From: an uncultured Gammaproteobacteria bacterium
GTDB lineage: Bacteria; Patescibacteriota; Patescibacteriia; UBA9570; JBBTWU01
Direction: 5' to 3'
Length of the DNA: 64,000 bases
Assembly: GCA_964364425.1 (NCBI GenBank)
Contig: CAYIMB010000001.1
Span: 6,941 to 70,940 of the forward strand
Made by a program: the position numbers and the translations under genes. The notes beneath the pieces are model-generated. The model was not told where the DNA came from. It saw nothing but the letters and a program-made list of their open reading frames with translations, and made no database searches. Below, in pieces: positions 9,685 to 19,841 of the stretch (its first letter is position 1; each line of letters begins with the position of its first letter).

Positions 9685-12432
9685 ATGCAACTCCTCACCT
9701 GCCCTACATGCAGAGGATTTGGGTTTGAATTAACTCCAGGTGGAAGGCACGTCAAATGTGAACAATGCCAACATGAAGATTCGGTGATTGGGGTCATGCC
9801 GGACATGGTGCTGTACTTTTCTCGGCGCGTGAACAAGGTTTCCGTTCACGGACGCCGGTTTTTGCAATGGTTCCACCGCTTGGTGGATGTCATCTGTTTA
9901 GTTGCCGCTTTAGGCAGCCTGGGCTACGGCATCTGGTTTGTTGTCCAACAGACTGCGCAGGGTCAAGACACTCTTACGCTACTCATCACACCACACTCCA
10001 CAATCGCTTGGATTTGGGTTGGGGTGTTGCTGGTTTTATTTCTGATTTACCGGATAGCATCAGTCTCGGAACAGTTGAAAGTCTTACCTGAACTGTCTAT
10101 TGTCCAGTTACAAGAACACCGACTCACCGGCCTTAACCAGTGGCAAGCTGCTCACCAAATTAAAGGGAAGTCAAAGTTAAATTTGGCGGAATATTTAGCT
10201 GAAGACGGTATTCGGGCCATTGAAGATGCGGTCATTCTGGCAACACAGCTGAAGCATACTTCTGTCACGCCGGTGCATGTATTTGCCTCTGCCTTAAAGT
10301 CACCCCAAGCTTCCGTGGTGATAGGTCGGCTGGGGTTGGATTCAACCACGCTGATCAAGAAAGTTGCTTCAGCTTTACACCGACTAGATACCAAAGAGGC
10401 ATCCAAAGAAGTAGAGTTGTCCGCCAGTGCGCGTTCAGCCTTGGTTTTAGCCGGATACTTTGCCCGGCATGATAAGCGCCCCCGGGTAGAAGCCACTCAA
10501 CTGCTTCAAGCCACACTCCTACAAGATAAGTTGTTACAGGAAGTGTTTGAAGACATGGATGTAGATTTGCGCAGTGTATTCAACACTGTGGAATGGCTGC
10601 ACATCCAGAGCAATTTACGGGATAGGTTCAAACGCTGGCGGTCTACTCGGCGGGCCAAACCTAAGGGGATCATGAACCGGGCCATGACGGCTCGCCCCAC
10701 GCCGACCTTGGATTCCATTGGTCAGGATTACACCCAAGCCGCCCGGGCTGGCCACTTTGCCCCGCGCATTGGCCGAGATAAAGAAGTGGAGGAAGCCTTC
10801 CGGATTTTGCGTGAAGGAACGGGGAATGTACTTTTAGTGGGTGAGCCTGGCGCGGGTAAGTCGACCTTATTGGAGGGGATTGCCGAGCTGATGACTATGG
10901 AAGATGTGCCTAAAGCCTTGCAAGATAAACGGTTGGTGGTCATGGACCCGGGAGCTCTGGTGGCTGGGGCGTCTGGTGTGGGAGGCTTAGAACAACGCAT
11001 GCAAAATGTGATGCATGAAATTATCAAGGCGGGGAATGTGCTGCTTGGCATAGAAGATGTTCATCACTTGTTGGGAGCTTCCAGTGTTGGAGGGTCTGAA
11101 GATATTGGTCACCTTTTCATGAACTATTTGTCGCAAGGTTTTCTCCATGTTGTGGCCACTACCACAACGGAAGAGTTTCAAAAATATATCCAACCCCAGG
11201 AGACATTTTTACGTCGCTTTCAAATTGTGAAAGTGGGTGAACTGCCGCCGGAGGACGCCTTGCGGGTACTCATGGGCCGGTCTGGCATGGTGGAATACAA
11301 AGCAAAAGTATTTTTCTCGTATGCCGCACTGGCGGCATGTGTGGACCTCAGTGATAGGTATATCAAAGACCGCTATCTGCCGTCTAAAGCTTTGGACATT
11401 ATGGAAGAGGCCGCTTTGTACGCGGCGGAAAAACGTGGAGAGAAAACCATTGTGACTAAAGAAGATGTAGCCGCAGTGGTGAGTGAAAAAACCAACGTGC
11501 CAGTGACTTCAGTCGGAGCAGGGGAAGCGCAGCGTTTGTTGAATCTGGAACAAATTATGCATCAACGCATAGTCGGCCAAGATGATGCCATCTCAGCTAT
11601 TAGCTCCGCTATGCGCCGGGCGCGTGAGGAGCTGCGTGATATGAAGCGTCCCATTTCAAGCTTTTTGTTTTTAGGACCAACTGGTGTGGGTAAAACAGAA
11701 ACCGCTAAAACCCTGGCCCAAGTATACTTTGGGCAAGAAGAGCAGATGGTTCGGATTGATATGTCTGAATATCAGAATCAATATTCTTTGGACAAGCTGA
11801 TTGGCGCCTCAGGGCAACAGGGTCATTTGACTGAAGCGGTCAGGCAAAAACCATTTAGCGTTCTGTTATTTGATGAAGTGGAAAAAGCGCATCCGGATGT
11901 GTTGAATATTCTACTCCAACTCTTGGATGACGGACGGTTGACTGAAGGCACTGGCAAGACCATTGATTTTACCAACACCATTGTGATTGCTACCTCTAAC
12001 GCCGCCTCGGCACAAATTCAGCAAGCTTTCAGCGGTGGTGTGTCTTTAGAGGAGTTGAAACGTCAGTTGTTAGAGCAAGATTTACTCAAGTATTTCAGAC
12101 CTGAGTTGTTAAATCGATTTGACCATGTCACGGTCTTTACGCCTTTGAGTTTTAATGAAATCCTAGAGGTCACCCGCCGGCAGTTACAGGGAGTGGCCGA
12201 ATTAGTCGCTAAAAAGGGCATTTTCTTGGAGTTTTCTGACGAGGCCGTCCAAGATTTGGCCACCAAAGGCTATGATCCCAAGTTTGGCGCCCGGCCGCTC
12301 AGGCGCCTCATTCAGGACACGGTTGACGACGCCTTGGCAAAACTCCTATTAGAACATAAACTAAACCGTAGAGACGTCGTAGTTCTCCAAGCCGGCGGCC
12401 TCATGACTATTCGTAAAGCACAACAATTATGA
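9685..12432 (+). CDS. ClpA/ClpC-type double AAA+ unfoldase with N-terminal zinc ribbon and two TM helices (alternative start at 9655)
   Basis: CPTC...CEQC zinc ribbon, two hydrophobic helices, Clp_N-like repeats, and two AAA modules with Walker A motifs GEPGAGKST and GPTGVGKTE. No long M-domain and no IGF/VGF ClpP-docking tripeptide could be seen. Confidence 0.85.
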   Translation: MQLLTCPTCRGFGFELTPGGRHVKCEQCQHEDSVIGVMPDMVLYFSRRVNKVSVHGRRFLQWFHRLVDVICLVAALGSLGYGIWFVVQQTAQGQDTLTLLITPHSTIAWIWVGVLLVLFLIYRIASVSEQLKVLPELSIVQLQEHRLTGLNQWQAAHQIKGKSKLNLAEYLAEDGIRAIEDAVILATQLKHTSVTPVHVFASALKSPQASVVIGRLGLDSTTLIKKVASALHRLDTKEASKEVELSASARSALVLAGYFARHDKRPRVEATQLLQATLLQDKLLQEVFEDMDVDLRSVFNTVEWLHIQSNLRDRFKRWRSTRRAKPKGIMNRAMTARPTPTLDSIGQDYTQAARAGHFAPRIGRDKEVEEAFRILREGTGNVLLVGEPGAGKSTLLEGIAELMTMEDVPKALQDKRLVVMDPGALVAGASGVGGLEQRMQNVMHEIIKAGNVLLGIEDVHHLLGASSVGGSEDIGHLFMNYLSQGFLHVVATTTTEEFQKYIQPQETFLRRFQIVKVGELPPEDALRVLMGRSGMVEYKAKVFFSYAALAACVDLSDRYIKDRYLPSKALDIMEEAALYAAEKRGEKTIVTKEDVAAVVSEKTNVPVTSVGAGEAQRLLNLEQIMHQRIVGQDDAISAISSAMRRAREELRDMKRPISSFLFLGPTGVGKTETAKTLAQVYFGQEEQMVRIDMSEYQNQYSLDKLIGASGQQGHLTEAVRQKPFSVLLFDEVEKAHPDVLNILLQLLDDGRLTEGTGKTIDFTNTIVIATSNAASAQIQQAFSGGVSLEELKRQLLEQDLLKYFRPELLNRFDHVTVFTPLSFNEILEVTRRQLQGVAELVAKKGIFLEFSDEAVQDLATKGYDPKFGARPLRRLIQDTVDDALAKLLLEHKLNRRDVVVLQAGGLMTIRKAQQL

Positions 12433-13094
12433 CCATGAGTTTTGAAAAATCGTTCGGGTTTGTATTTAAAGATCCGAACTGGGTAAAAAAGTTAGTGATT
12501 GGAACGGTATTTGTTTTACTCACTCCGTTTTTGATTGGAATCCCGTTCATGTCTGGTTACATGATTCGGATTATTCGCCAGCGCTTACAAGGAAAAGAAG
12601 GTTTACCAGAGTGGGATGATATGGGCAGTCTATTTGTGGACGGGATGAAAACTCTGTTCATAGGGTTGGTATATGCTTTACCAGTGGTCGTTGTGGCTTT
12701 TGGTTTGGCTATACTCATGTTCATTGTGGGAGAAGTTGACAGTGATGCCGGAGCCTTTATGGGCTTGTTATTTTTACCTTTCCAAGGACTGAGCATGCTC
12801 TACTCTTTGTTCATTATTCTCATGCATCCACATATTTATTATGTTATTGCTACTGACGCTCCGCTGAGTCAGGCGTTTCATGTGAGAAAGTATTTTCAAG
12901 TGTTGAAAGTAGAATGGTCAAACGTGTTGATTGCCTTACTGATGGTTTGGTTGGCTGGGGCCCTGGCTTGGTTTGGTATATTTGTGTTTATTATTGGCTT
13001 CTTTATTGCTTTGGCCTACGTCAACATGGTGACTGGTGATGTCTACGGACGCTTATTGCAAGATTGGAAGTCCAGAGGATTACTCACCGCTTAA
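12429..13094 (+). CDS. DUF4013-like integral membrane protein
   Basis: FKDPNW N-terminal signature and multiple TM helices. Overlaps the Clp-like gene by 4 nt. Confidence 0.55.
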   Translation: MTMSFEKSFGFVFKDPNWVKKLVIGTVFVLLTPFLIGIPFMSGYMIRIIRQRLQGKEGLPEWDDMGSLFVDGMKTLFIGLVYALPVVVVAFGLAILMFIVGEVDSDAGAFMGLLFLPFQGLSMLYSLFIILMHPHIYYVIATDAPLSQAFHVRKYFQVLKVEWSNVLIALLMVWLAGALAWFGIFVFIIGFFIALAYVNMVTGDVYGRLLQDWKSRGLLTA

Positions 13095-13138
13095 ATTCGA
13101 TTTTCACTAGGAGCGTTTGAGTTGGCTGCCCCATAGAG

Positions 13139-13167
13139 TTGCAAATAAGCTAGGTTTTTTGTATAGT
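13139..13167 (+). promoter_or_regulatory. Sigma70-like promoter TTGCAA-N17-TATAGT, 10 nt upstream of the glyQS ATG
   Basis: Hexamers read directly from the sequence. Confidence 0.5.
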
Positions 13168-13177
13168 CAACGTCAGT

Positions 13178-14569
13178 ATGGCAACACAACCTCCTTCTGT
13201 AATGGAGCATATTATATCCTTGTGCAAACGTCGAGGCTTTGTTTTTCCTGGCTCAGAGATCTACGGAGGTCTGGCCAACTCCTGGGATTACGGTCCTTTA
13301 GGCGTGGAACTCAAAAATAATATCAGAGATCATTGGTGGAAACGTTTCGTCCACTCCCGTCCGGATGTGGTTGGTTTTGACAGCTCTATTTTTTTGAATA
13401 GCAAAGTCTGGGAAGCTTCAGGGCATGTGTCCAACTTTAATGACCCTTTGGTAGATTGCAGGGCGTGTAAAAACAGGTTCCGAGCTGACCATTTGGTAGA
13501 AAACGGTTTACATGAGCCGGTGGTTGGATTGTCTAACGCTGATCTCACTACACTCATTCAAACTCATTTGAAATGCCCGGTGTGTGGGAAAAAGGACTTC
13601 ACTGAGGTGCGTAAGTTCAGCCTGTTGTTTGAAACACAGATTGGTGTGGTCAGTGGAGACAAAAATAAAGTTTACTTACGCGGTGAGACAGCTCAAGGTA
13701 TTTTCATCAACTTCAAAAATATTTTGAATTCCAGCCACGTTGGCCTGCCTTTTGGTGTAGCTCAAGTGGGCAAAGCCTTCCGCAATGAAATCACCCCTGG
13801 AAACTTTATTTTCCGTACACTGGAGTTTGAACAAATGGAATTGGAGTATTTTGTCTATCCTAAACAAGCTGATCAAGCCTTTGAAGATTGGCTTGAGGCT
13901 ATCCACGCTTGGTTGTTGGATTTAGGTATTCGTCCAGAGTTGTTACACCGTCATGAAATAGAAAAAGAGGCTTTGGCCCACTACGCCAAACGGAATGTGG
14001 ACATAGAGTTCGATTTTCCCTTTGGACAAAAAGAACTCTACGGCTTGGCTTACCGTACGGACTTTGATCTGAAGAACCACATGGAAAAAAGTGGCCAAGA
14101 CCTTACTGTTCTAGATCCAGAGACCAATCAAAAGGTCATTCCTCATGTGATTGAGCCGGCGGTTGGTTTAACTCGTACGTTACTAGCTGTTCTGACCAGT
14201 GCCTACACAGAAGAATCCGTACCTGACGCTAAAGGTGAAGATTCTACTCGTGTAGTTTTGAAACTTCATCCTAAAATTGCTCCATTTAAAGCCGCCGTCT
14301 TACCGTTATCTAAAAAAGAAGAACTCCAAGCAGTGGCGCAACCATTGTATCAGGAACTCATCAAGTCATTTGCTTGTGAATATGACCAAACTCAGTCCAT
14401 TGGAAAACGCTACCGGAGGCAAGATGAGATTGGAACTCCGTATTGTATTACCGTAGACTTTGAATCTATCAATGATAAAGCAGTGACCATTCGTGACCGT
14501 GACACCATGCAACAGGTTCGCATCCCAATTGTCCAAGTAGAACAGTATATTAAAGACAAACTGTCATGA
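13178..14569 (+). CDS. glyQS: Glycyl-tRNA synthetase, alpha2 dimeric type
   Basis: Class II motifs and a characteristic N-terminus (FVFPGSEIYGGLANSWDYGPLG). Confidence 0.9.
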   Translation: MATQPPSVMEHIISLCKRRGFVFPGSEIYGGLANSWDYGPLGVELKNNIRDHWWKRFVHSRPDVVGFDSSIFLNSKVWEASGHVSNFNDPLVDCRACKNRFRADHLVENGLHEPVVGLSNADLTTLIQTHLKCPVCGKKDFTEVRKFSLLFETQIGVVSGDKNKVYLRGETAQGIFINFKNILNSSHVGLPFGVAQVGKAFRNEITPGNFIFRTLEFEQMELEYFVYPKQADQAFEDWLEAIHAWLLDLGIRPELLHRHEIEKEALAHYAKRNVDIEFDFPFGQKELYGLAYRTDFDLKNHMEKSGQDLTVLDPETNQKVIPHVIEPAVGLTRTLLAVLTSAYTEESVPDAKGEDSTRVVLKLHPKIAPFKAAVLPLSKKEELQAVAQPLYQELIKSFACEYDQTQSIGKRYRRQDEIGTPYCITVDFESINDKAVTIRDRDTMQQVRIPIVQVEQYIKDKLS

Positions 14570-15840
14570 AACGAGCACAAAAAATTTCTCTCAAAAATGG
14601 AGCACAACTCCTGATTTCCCCAGAGGCGGACGCAGCAAGTGTTACTATTTTGATTATGTTCAAGGTGGGTTCCCGGTACGAAACGCCAGACATTAATGGC
14701 TCATCTCACTTTATTGAACATTTGATGTTTAAAGGTACAACCAAACGCCCGACCACTTTGGATATTAGCAAGGAGTTGGACGGTGTGGGTGCGGACTACA
14801 ACGCGTTTACCTCTAAGGACACTACCGGATATTATGTGAAAGTAGACGCGCGGCAACTTCCCATGGCGATCGATATTCTTCAAGACATGTTATTTAACAG
14901 TTTGTTTGACGCTAAAGAAATAGACCGTGAGCGGGGAGTGATCATAGAGGAGATTAATATGTATGAAGATAATCCGTTGATGCATGCTGAGGAATTGTTG
15001 GAGGAGCTACTGTTTGGAAAGAAGCATCCCTTGGGGTATCAGATTGCCGGCCCACGTTCTGTCATCCGGAATGTCACACGAGAAAAAATGTTGGCCTACA
15101 AAGAAAAATTTTATGACGCCAAGCACATGGTGGTGTCTGTGGCGGGGCAGGTTATGCCTAGAGATGTAAAGAATTTGAAAAAGTCCTTTGAGTCATACCC
15201 GACCAAGCCAGGAAAACACCAATTTATTCCGTTCAAAGTCCGGCAGTCTTCCTCACGCGCTTTGGTGAGTTATAAAAAGACGGAACAAGTGCAAATGATG
15301 ATAGGAGTACCTTCAGCTTCCTTGTTTGATACGGATTTAGCCACTTTATCAGTCTTGAGTGTGATCTTAGGTGGCAATATGTCATCCCGCTTGTTTGTGA
15401 ATGTGCGGGAAAAGCGAGGATTGTGTTACATGATTCGTTCTAGCTCAAACCCGTATGAGGATGCCGGGTCATTCACTGTGCAATCAGGGGTTGCGCTCAA
15501 GAGCGTGAAACAAGCCCTGGAAGCTATCTTAGCGGAAATGAAGCGTATGAAGACTGAACCGGTCACTGCGCAAGAGTTGAAACAAGCAAAAGATTTCATT
15601 AGCGGAAAACTGACGTTGTCTTGGGAAGATTCAGAGACCGTGGCTAACTATTGGGCGCGACAATTTTTATTGGAGCGCAAACTAGAGACTCCAGATGAAA
15701 AGCTAGCCAAGATTAACCGGGTGAGCGTCAAAGATATTCAGCGAGTAGCCAAAAAATTATTCCAAACCAAGCAATTGAATTTGGTATTAATTGGTCCGTA
15801 CACTTCATCCGCTCCATTTAAGAGACTTTTGAAGGTCTAA
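14566..15840 (+). CDS. M16 family (insulinase/pitrilysin-like) zinc peptidase
   Basis: HxxEH inverted zinc motif (HFIEHLMFKGT). Confidence 0.85.
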   Translation: MKRAQKISLKNGAQLLISPEADAASVTILIMFKVGSRYETPDINGSSHFIEHLMFKGTTKRPTTLDISKELDGVGADYNAFTSKDTTGYYVKVDARQLPMAIDILQDMLFNSLFDAKEIDRERGVIIEEINMYEDNPLMHAEELLEELLFGKKHPLGYQIAGPRSVIRNVTREKMLAYKEKFYDAKHMVVSVAGQVMPRDVKNLKKSFESYPTKPGKHQFIPFKVRQSSSRALVSYKKTEQVQMMIGVPSASLFDTDLATLSVLSVILGGNMSSRLFVNVREKRGLCYMIRSSSNPYEDAGSFTVQSGVALKSVKQALEAILAEMKRMKTEPVTAQELKQAKDFISGKLTLSWEDSETVANYWARQFLLERKLETPDEKLAKINRVSVKDIQRVAKKLFQTKQLNLVLIGPYTSSAPFKRLLKV

Positions 15841-15844
15841 ATGT

Positions 15845-16951
15845 ATGAGTAAACTTCCATTTTCATTTCAACCGGTTCAGCGCATCTCAATCAGCAATAG
15901 TACATTACTGAGAGTCGTGTTGATTGGGTTCATTATGTATTTCCTGTTCTATATCCGGAGTGTTTTAGGTGTGGTGTTTATTGCTTGGGTCTTATCATCT
16001 GCCCTTGATCCGTTTGTGGATAAATTGGAACGGTACAGAATACCCCGCTGGGTGACTATTCTGGGTACGTATTTGGTCATTATTGCGGTTATCATTGCCG
16101 TATTTTCACTCTTGATTCCAGCAGTGGTACACCAACTGACAGACGTCACGGTGAACTTTGCGCCTGTGTATGGCCCTCGTCTGAATGAGCTACTGTCTAC
16201 ATTTAATGTCACTGGTCAAAATATTGCTGATCAAATTCAGCAAAACCTGTCATCTATCACCCAGAACGCCGGGAAAATTACCAGTGGTTTATTTGGTGCC
16301 GTGGGACAAGTTCTGTCTTTGCTAGCTACCACCTTGATCATTTTGGTCATGGCATTCTATATGACCATAGAGGAGGAAGGGATAAAGAAGTTTGTCCGTG
16401 CAGTGGCTCCGCTCAAGTATCATCCGTACTTGGTCCAGAAGTTAAATCGAATTCAAGAACGGATGGGTGCTTGGTTGAGGGGGCAACTACTCCTCATGTT
16501 GATCATTGGTTCATTATCCGCCATTGGATTGTGGGCTTTAGGAGTTAAATACTCCTTACTCTTAGGTATTATTGCCGGCTTCATGGAATTTGTGCCGGTG
16601 GTTGGTCCTATTTTAGCCGCCGTTCCAGCTCTGTTTTTTGCCGTCACTGATTCGCCGTTCAAAGGGTTGGCGGTGTTAATCTTGTATATAGTGATTCAGC
16701 AGTTGGAAAATCACTTAATTGTGCCACGCGTGATGAGTCGGGCCGTGGGAATTAACCCGCTGGTGGTGTTGATTGCCATCTTGGTTGGTGCCTCAGTGGC
16801 CGGTGTGGTGGGGGTGTTATTGGCTGTTCCCGCTACGCTTATTTTGTGGATCTTGTTGGAAGATTTCTTTAAGGAAAAAGAAGCGGCTGATACATCCTTA
16901 GAGATTGATGAAACGGAGGTTGAGGTGTCCAAGGATCAAACCAAAGAGTAA
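15845..16951 (+). CDS. AI-2E family transporter (PerM/UPF0118)
   Basis: About 8 TM helices and the characteristic C-terminal conserved region. Confidence 0.7.
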   Translation: MSKLPFSFQPVQRISISNSTLLRVVLIGFIMYFLFYIRSVLGVVFIAWVLSSALDPFVDKLERYRIPRWVTILGTYLVIIAVIIAVFSLLIPAVVHQLTDVTVNFAPVYGPRLNELLSTFNVTGQNIADQIQQNLSSITQNAGKITSGLFGAVGQVLSLLATTLIILVMAFYMTIEEEGIKKFVRAVAPLKYHPYLVQKLNRIQERMGAWLRGQLLLMLIIGSLSAIGLWALGVKYSLLLGIIAGFMEFVPVVGPILAAVPALFFAVTDSPFKGLAVLILYIVIQQLENHLIVPRVMSRAVGINPLVVLIAILVGASVAGVVGVLLAVPATLILWILLEDFFKEKEAADTSLEIDETEVEVSKDQTKE

Positions 16952-16977
16952 GCACGGCTAAGTAGAGTTGACGGCAT

Positions 16978-18462
16978 ATGCCAAAAGCCAAACCATACTA
17001 CATTACCATGGCTATAGCCTACGCCAACGCTAAGCCTCATATAGGCTATGCCTTAGAATGTTTGTATACGGATGTTTTAGCTCGCTACTTTCGGCTGCAG
17101 GGGAGGGAAGTATTTTTTCTCACCGGCACAGACGAACACGGTCAGAAAATTGTTCGGGCAGCCAAAAATGCCGGTCAACAACCAAAAGATTTTGTGGATG
17201 AAATGGTGTTACGTTTTCAAGCCTTGCGCGAAGTGCTAAATTTATCCTCAGATATTTTTACCCGTACCACTACACCTGACCATGCTGCGGCTGCTCAGGA
17301 TTTATGGCGGAGGTGTCTAAAAACTGGAGATATCTATAAGAAAATATTTCAAGGTTTGTACTGCGTTGGGTGTGAGTCATTTAAAACTGAGAAAGAACTG
17401 GTTGAAGGAAAGTGTCCGGACCACAAAGTTGTACCAGAAATGATAGAAGAAGAGAATTACTTTTTCCGTCTGTCCAAATACACTAACCCGTTACTTGAGT
17501 TGTATACCAAGAATCCAAACTTTGTGTATCCAGAAACTAAGTTTAACGAAATTATCAGTCTGGTGCGGGACGAAGGCTTGGAAGATATTAGTATTTCTCG
17601 GTCTAAAGACGTTTTGAGCTGGGGTGTTCCGGTGCCAGACGACCCTGGGCAAGTGATGTATGTGTGGTTTGATGCCTTGACCGTATACTTGAGCGGAGTT
17701 GGCTATCCTGAGGGCGACTGGAACAACTGGTGGCCAGCCAATGTGCAAATTGTGGGTAAAGAAATAAACCGTTTTCACTCCGCCTTATGGCCAGCCATGC
17801 TGATGAGTGCCGGATTGGAACTGCCAAATCAAGTCGCGGTACACGGTTGGATTACTGTGGACGGGCAGAAGATGAGTAAATCGATTGGCAATGTGCTTGA
17901 TCCCGTAGCTTTGGTTGAACAGTATGGCGTTGAACCGGTGCGTTACTTTTTGCTCAGAGAAATTCCGTTTGAACGGGACGGAGACTTTTCACACCGCAGA
18001 TTTCGGGACCGCTATACAGCTGATCTGGCTAATGATTTAGGCAATTTACTTTCCCGCACTACCACCATGATTGAGAAATACTTTGCCGGGAAGTTGGATC
18101 CAAAAATTCAAATCAATCCAGACATTGCAGTCATTCATTCGGAAGCACATTTGAAAGTGATTTCTCAGTTAATAGAAACTTTACGTTTTGATCTGGCTTT
18201 GGAAAAAGTTTGGCATATTCTAGATGAGGGTAACGGGTTAATTGAACGAGAAAAGCCCTGGGTCTTGGCCAAATTTGATACGGACCGCTTACACCAAGTG
18301 TTATATCAGTTAGTCATCTATTTAGAAGCTGTAGCCACGGCGCTCACTCCCTTTATGCCGGAAACGGCTCACAAGATTCAACACGCCCTGGGTCAAGATG
18401 TGATTCACAAAGCCGAACCGTTATTCCCAAGATTGCCTGAAGAAGAAACAACAACCCCATGA
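16978..18462 (+). CDS. metG: Methionyl-tRNA synthetase
   Basis: KMSKS motif (KMSKSIGNV), Zn knuckle CxxC...CPDH, N-terminus typical of class I MetRS. Confidence 0.92.
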   Translation: MPKAKPYYITMAIAYANAKPHIGYALECLYTDVLARYFRLQGREVFFLTGTDEHGQKIVRAAKNAGQQPKDFVDEMVLRFQALREVLNLSSDIFTRTTTPDHAAAAQDLWRRCLKTGDIYKKIFQGLYCVGCESFKTEKELVEGKCPDHKVVPEMIEEENYFFRLSKYTNPLLELYTKNPNFVYPETKFNEIISLVRDEGLEDISISRSKDVLSWGVPVPDDPGQVMYVWFDALTVYLSGVGYPEGDWNNWWPANVQIVGKEINRFHSALWPAMLMSAGLELPNQVAVHGWITVDGQKMSKSIGNVLDPVALVEQYGVEPVRYFLLREIPFERDGDFSHRRFRDRYTADLANDLGNLLSRTTTMIEKYFAGKLDPKIQINPDIAVIHSEAHLKVISQLIETLRFDLALEKVWHILDEGNGLIEREKPWVLAKFDTDRLHQVLYQLVIYLEAVATALTPFMPETAHKIQHALGQDVIHKAEPLFPRLPEEETTTP

Positions 18463-18935
18463 CATGGTTTGAATGGATTTTATTGGTCTGGTTGGGGATA
18501 GCCATTTTGATTGGTTGGCGGGCCGGATTTATTTTTACCGCCGGAAACCTTCTGGGGTTCTTGGCCTCTTTGTGGGTATCTAAACACTACGGCGGCGCGG
18601 TAGCTGAATGGGCCGGAGGAGGAGCGTGGGGTTCAGTCTTGTCCTCACTCGGAGTGGTTCTGGTGGTGACCAAGCTGGGGGGCGTAGCGGCTTTGATTAT
18701 AGATAAATTTGCCAAAATCAGTTTTATTATCCCCTTCGTGAAGACATTTAACCGCCTGTTGGGTGCCGGCCTCAGTTTTGTCACCCACGGGATGGCAGCT
18801 GCTCTGATTGCATTTTTAGTCAACTCAATTATTTTAGAAAAATTGATTACCCAACCTTGGGCTAAAGTCCTTGTTTCTGCTGGAAGTCTCCTGGCCGGAG
18901 CCTTACCCTCAACAGTGCAAAAGTATCTCTTATGA
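18459..18935 (+). CDS. CvpA-like membrane protein
   Basis: Four TM helices; N-terminus resembles the CvpA family. Confidence 0.5.
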   Translation: MTWFEWILLVWLGIAILIGWRAGFIFTAGNLLGFLASLWVSKHYGGAVAEWAGGGAWGSVLSSLGVVLVVTKLGGVAALIIDKFAKISFIIPFVKTFNRLLGAGLSFVTHGMAAALIAFLVNSIILEKLITQPWAKVLVSAGSLLAGALPSTVQKYLL

Positions 18936-19786
18936 AATGGAAACTCATAGATTCACACGCCCATGTGAATTTCCGTCCCTTTCAGGACGACTGGCATCAG
19001 GTGATTGAACGAGCACATGAAGCCAGCGTTGGCGTGATGAATGTAGGTTCTCAACTTTCGACCAGTCGCAGAAGTGTGGAAGTGGCTCAAGAATTTTCAG
19101 CAGATGGAGTCTGGGCCGCAGTTGGCCTCCACCCAACTCACTTGGCTGAGGACCACGTAGAAGAGGATGTGATTGATGGAGAAAAAATTTCTTTCACCAC
19201 CCGCCAAGAACGGTTTGATCACATGGCTTACTTGGGATTAGCTCAACGACCAGAGGTAGTTGCCATTGGGGAATGTGGTTTGGATTATTACCGTCTCCCG
19301 GAGGACGCGGGGAAAAAACAGGAATACATTACGCTGCAAAAGGATGTGTTGAAGCAGCAAATCGGTTTAGCCTTGCAAGTGAAGAAACCAAATATTTTTC
19401 ATTGCCGGGAAGCGTATGATGATTTTCTCAAGATTGTGGAAAAATACCGTGGGCAGGTGAGGGGAGTGGTACATTGTTATACCGGCGACGCTGATACGGT
19501 CGAGCGGTTGGTCGCCGCTGGTTTATATGTAGGGTTTACCGGAATTATTACCTTTCCTAAGACTGAGTATCTAGCTGAGGCCGTAAAACGTGTTCCGCTG
19601 GACAGATTATTGGTAGAAACTGACTGTCCATATCTTGCTCCGGTGCCATACCGGGGGAAACGTAACGAGCCAGCGTATGTGGAGTTTGTGGCGCAACAAG
19701 TGGCGAAAATCAAAGGAATCTCTTTTGACCTGGTGTGTCAGCAGACAGAGGAAAATACACGTAAATTATTTAAGTTAAACGGTTGA
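18932..19786 (+). CDS. tatD: TatD family metal-dependent deoxyribonuclease
   Basis: N-terminal IDSHAHVNF motif and a TIM-barrel hydrolase pattern. Confidence 0.88.
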   Translation: MKWKLIDSHAHVNFRPFQDDWHQVIERAHEASVGVMNVGSQLSTSRRSVEVAQEFSADGVWAAVGLHPTHLAEDHVEEDVIDGEKISFTTRQERFDHMAYLGLAQRPEVVAIGECGLDYYRLPEDAGKKQEYITLQKDVLKQQIGLALQVKKPNIFHCREAYDDFLKIVEKYRGQVRGVVHCYTGDADTVERLVAAGLYVGFTGIITFPKTEYLAEAVKRVPLDRLLVETDCPYLAPVPYRGKRNEPAYVEFVAQQVAKIKGISFDLVCQQTEENTRKLFKLNG

Positions 19787-19829
19787 AAGTTGATCTACTC
19801 TCAGGGTAGCCAGAATTTCCTTTTTTCTG

Positions 19830-19835
19830 TATAAT
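19830..19835 (+). promoter_or_regulatory. TATAAT -10 box 6 nt upstream of the rmuC ATG (leaderless or very short leader)
   Basis: Reads ctgTATAATttcagcATG. Confidence 0.4.
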
Positions 19836-19841
19836 TTCAGC

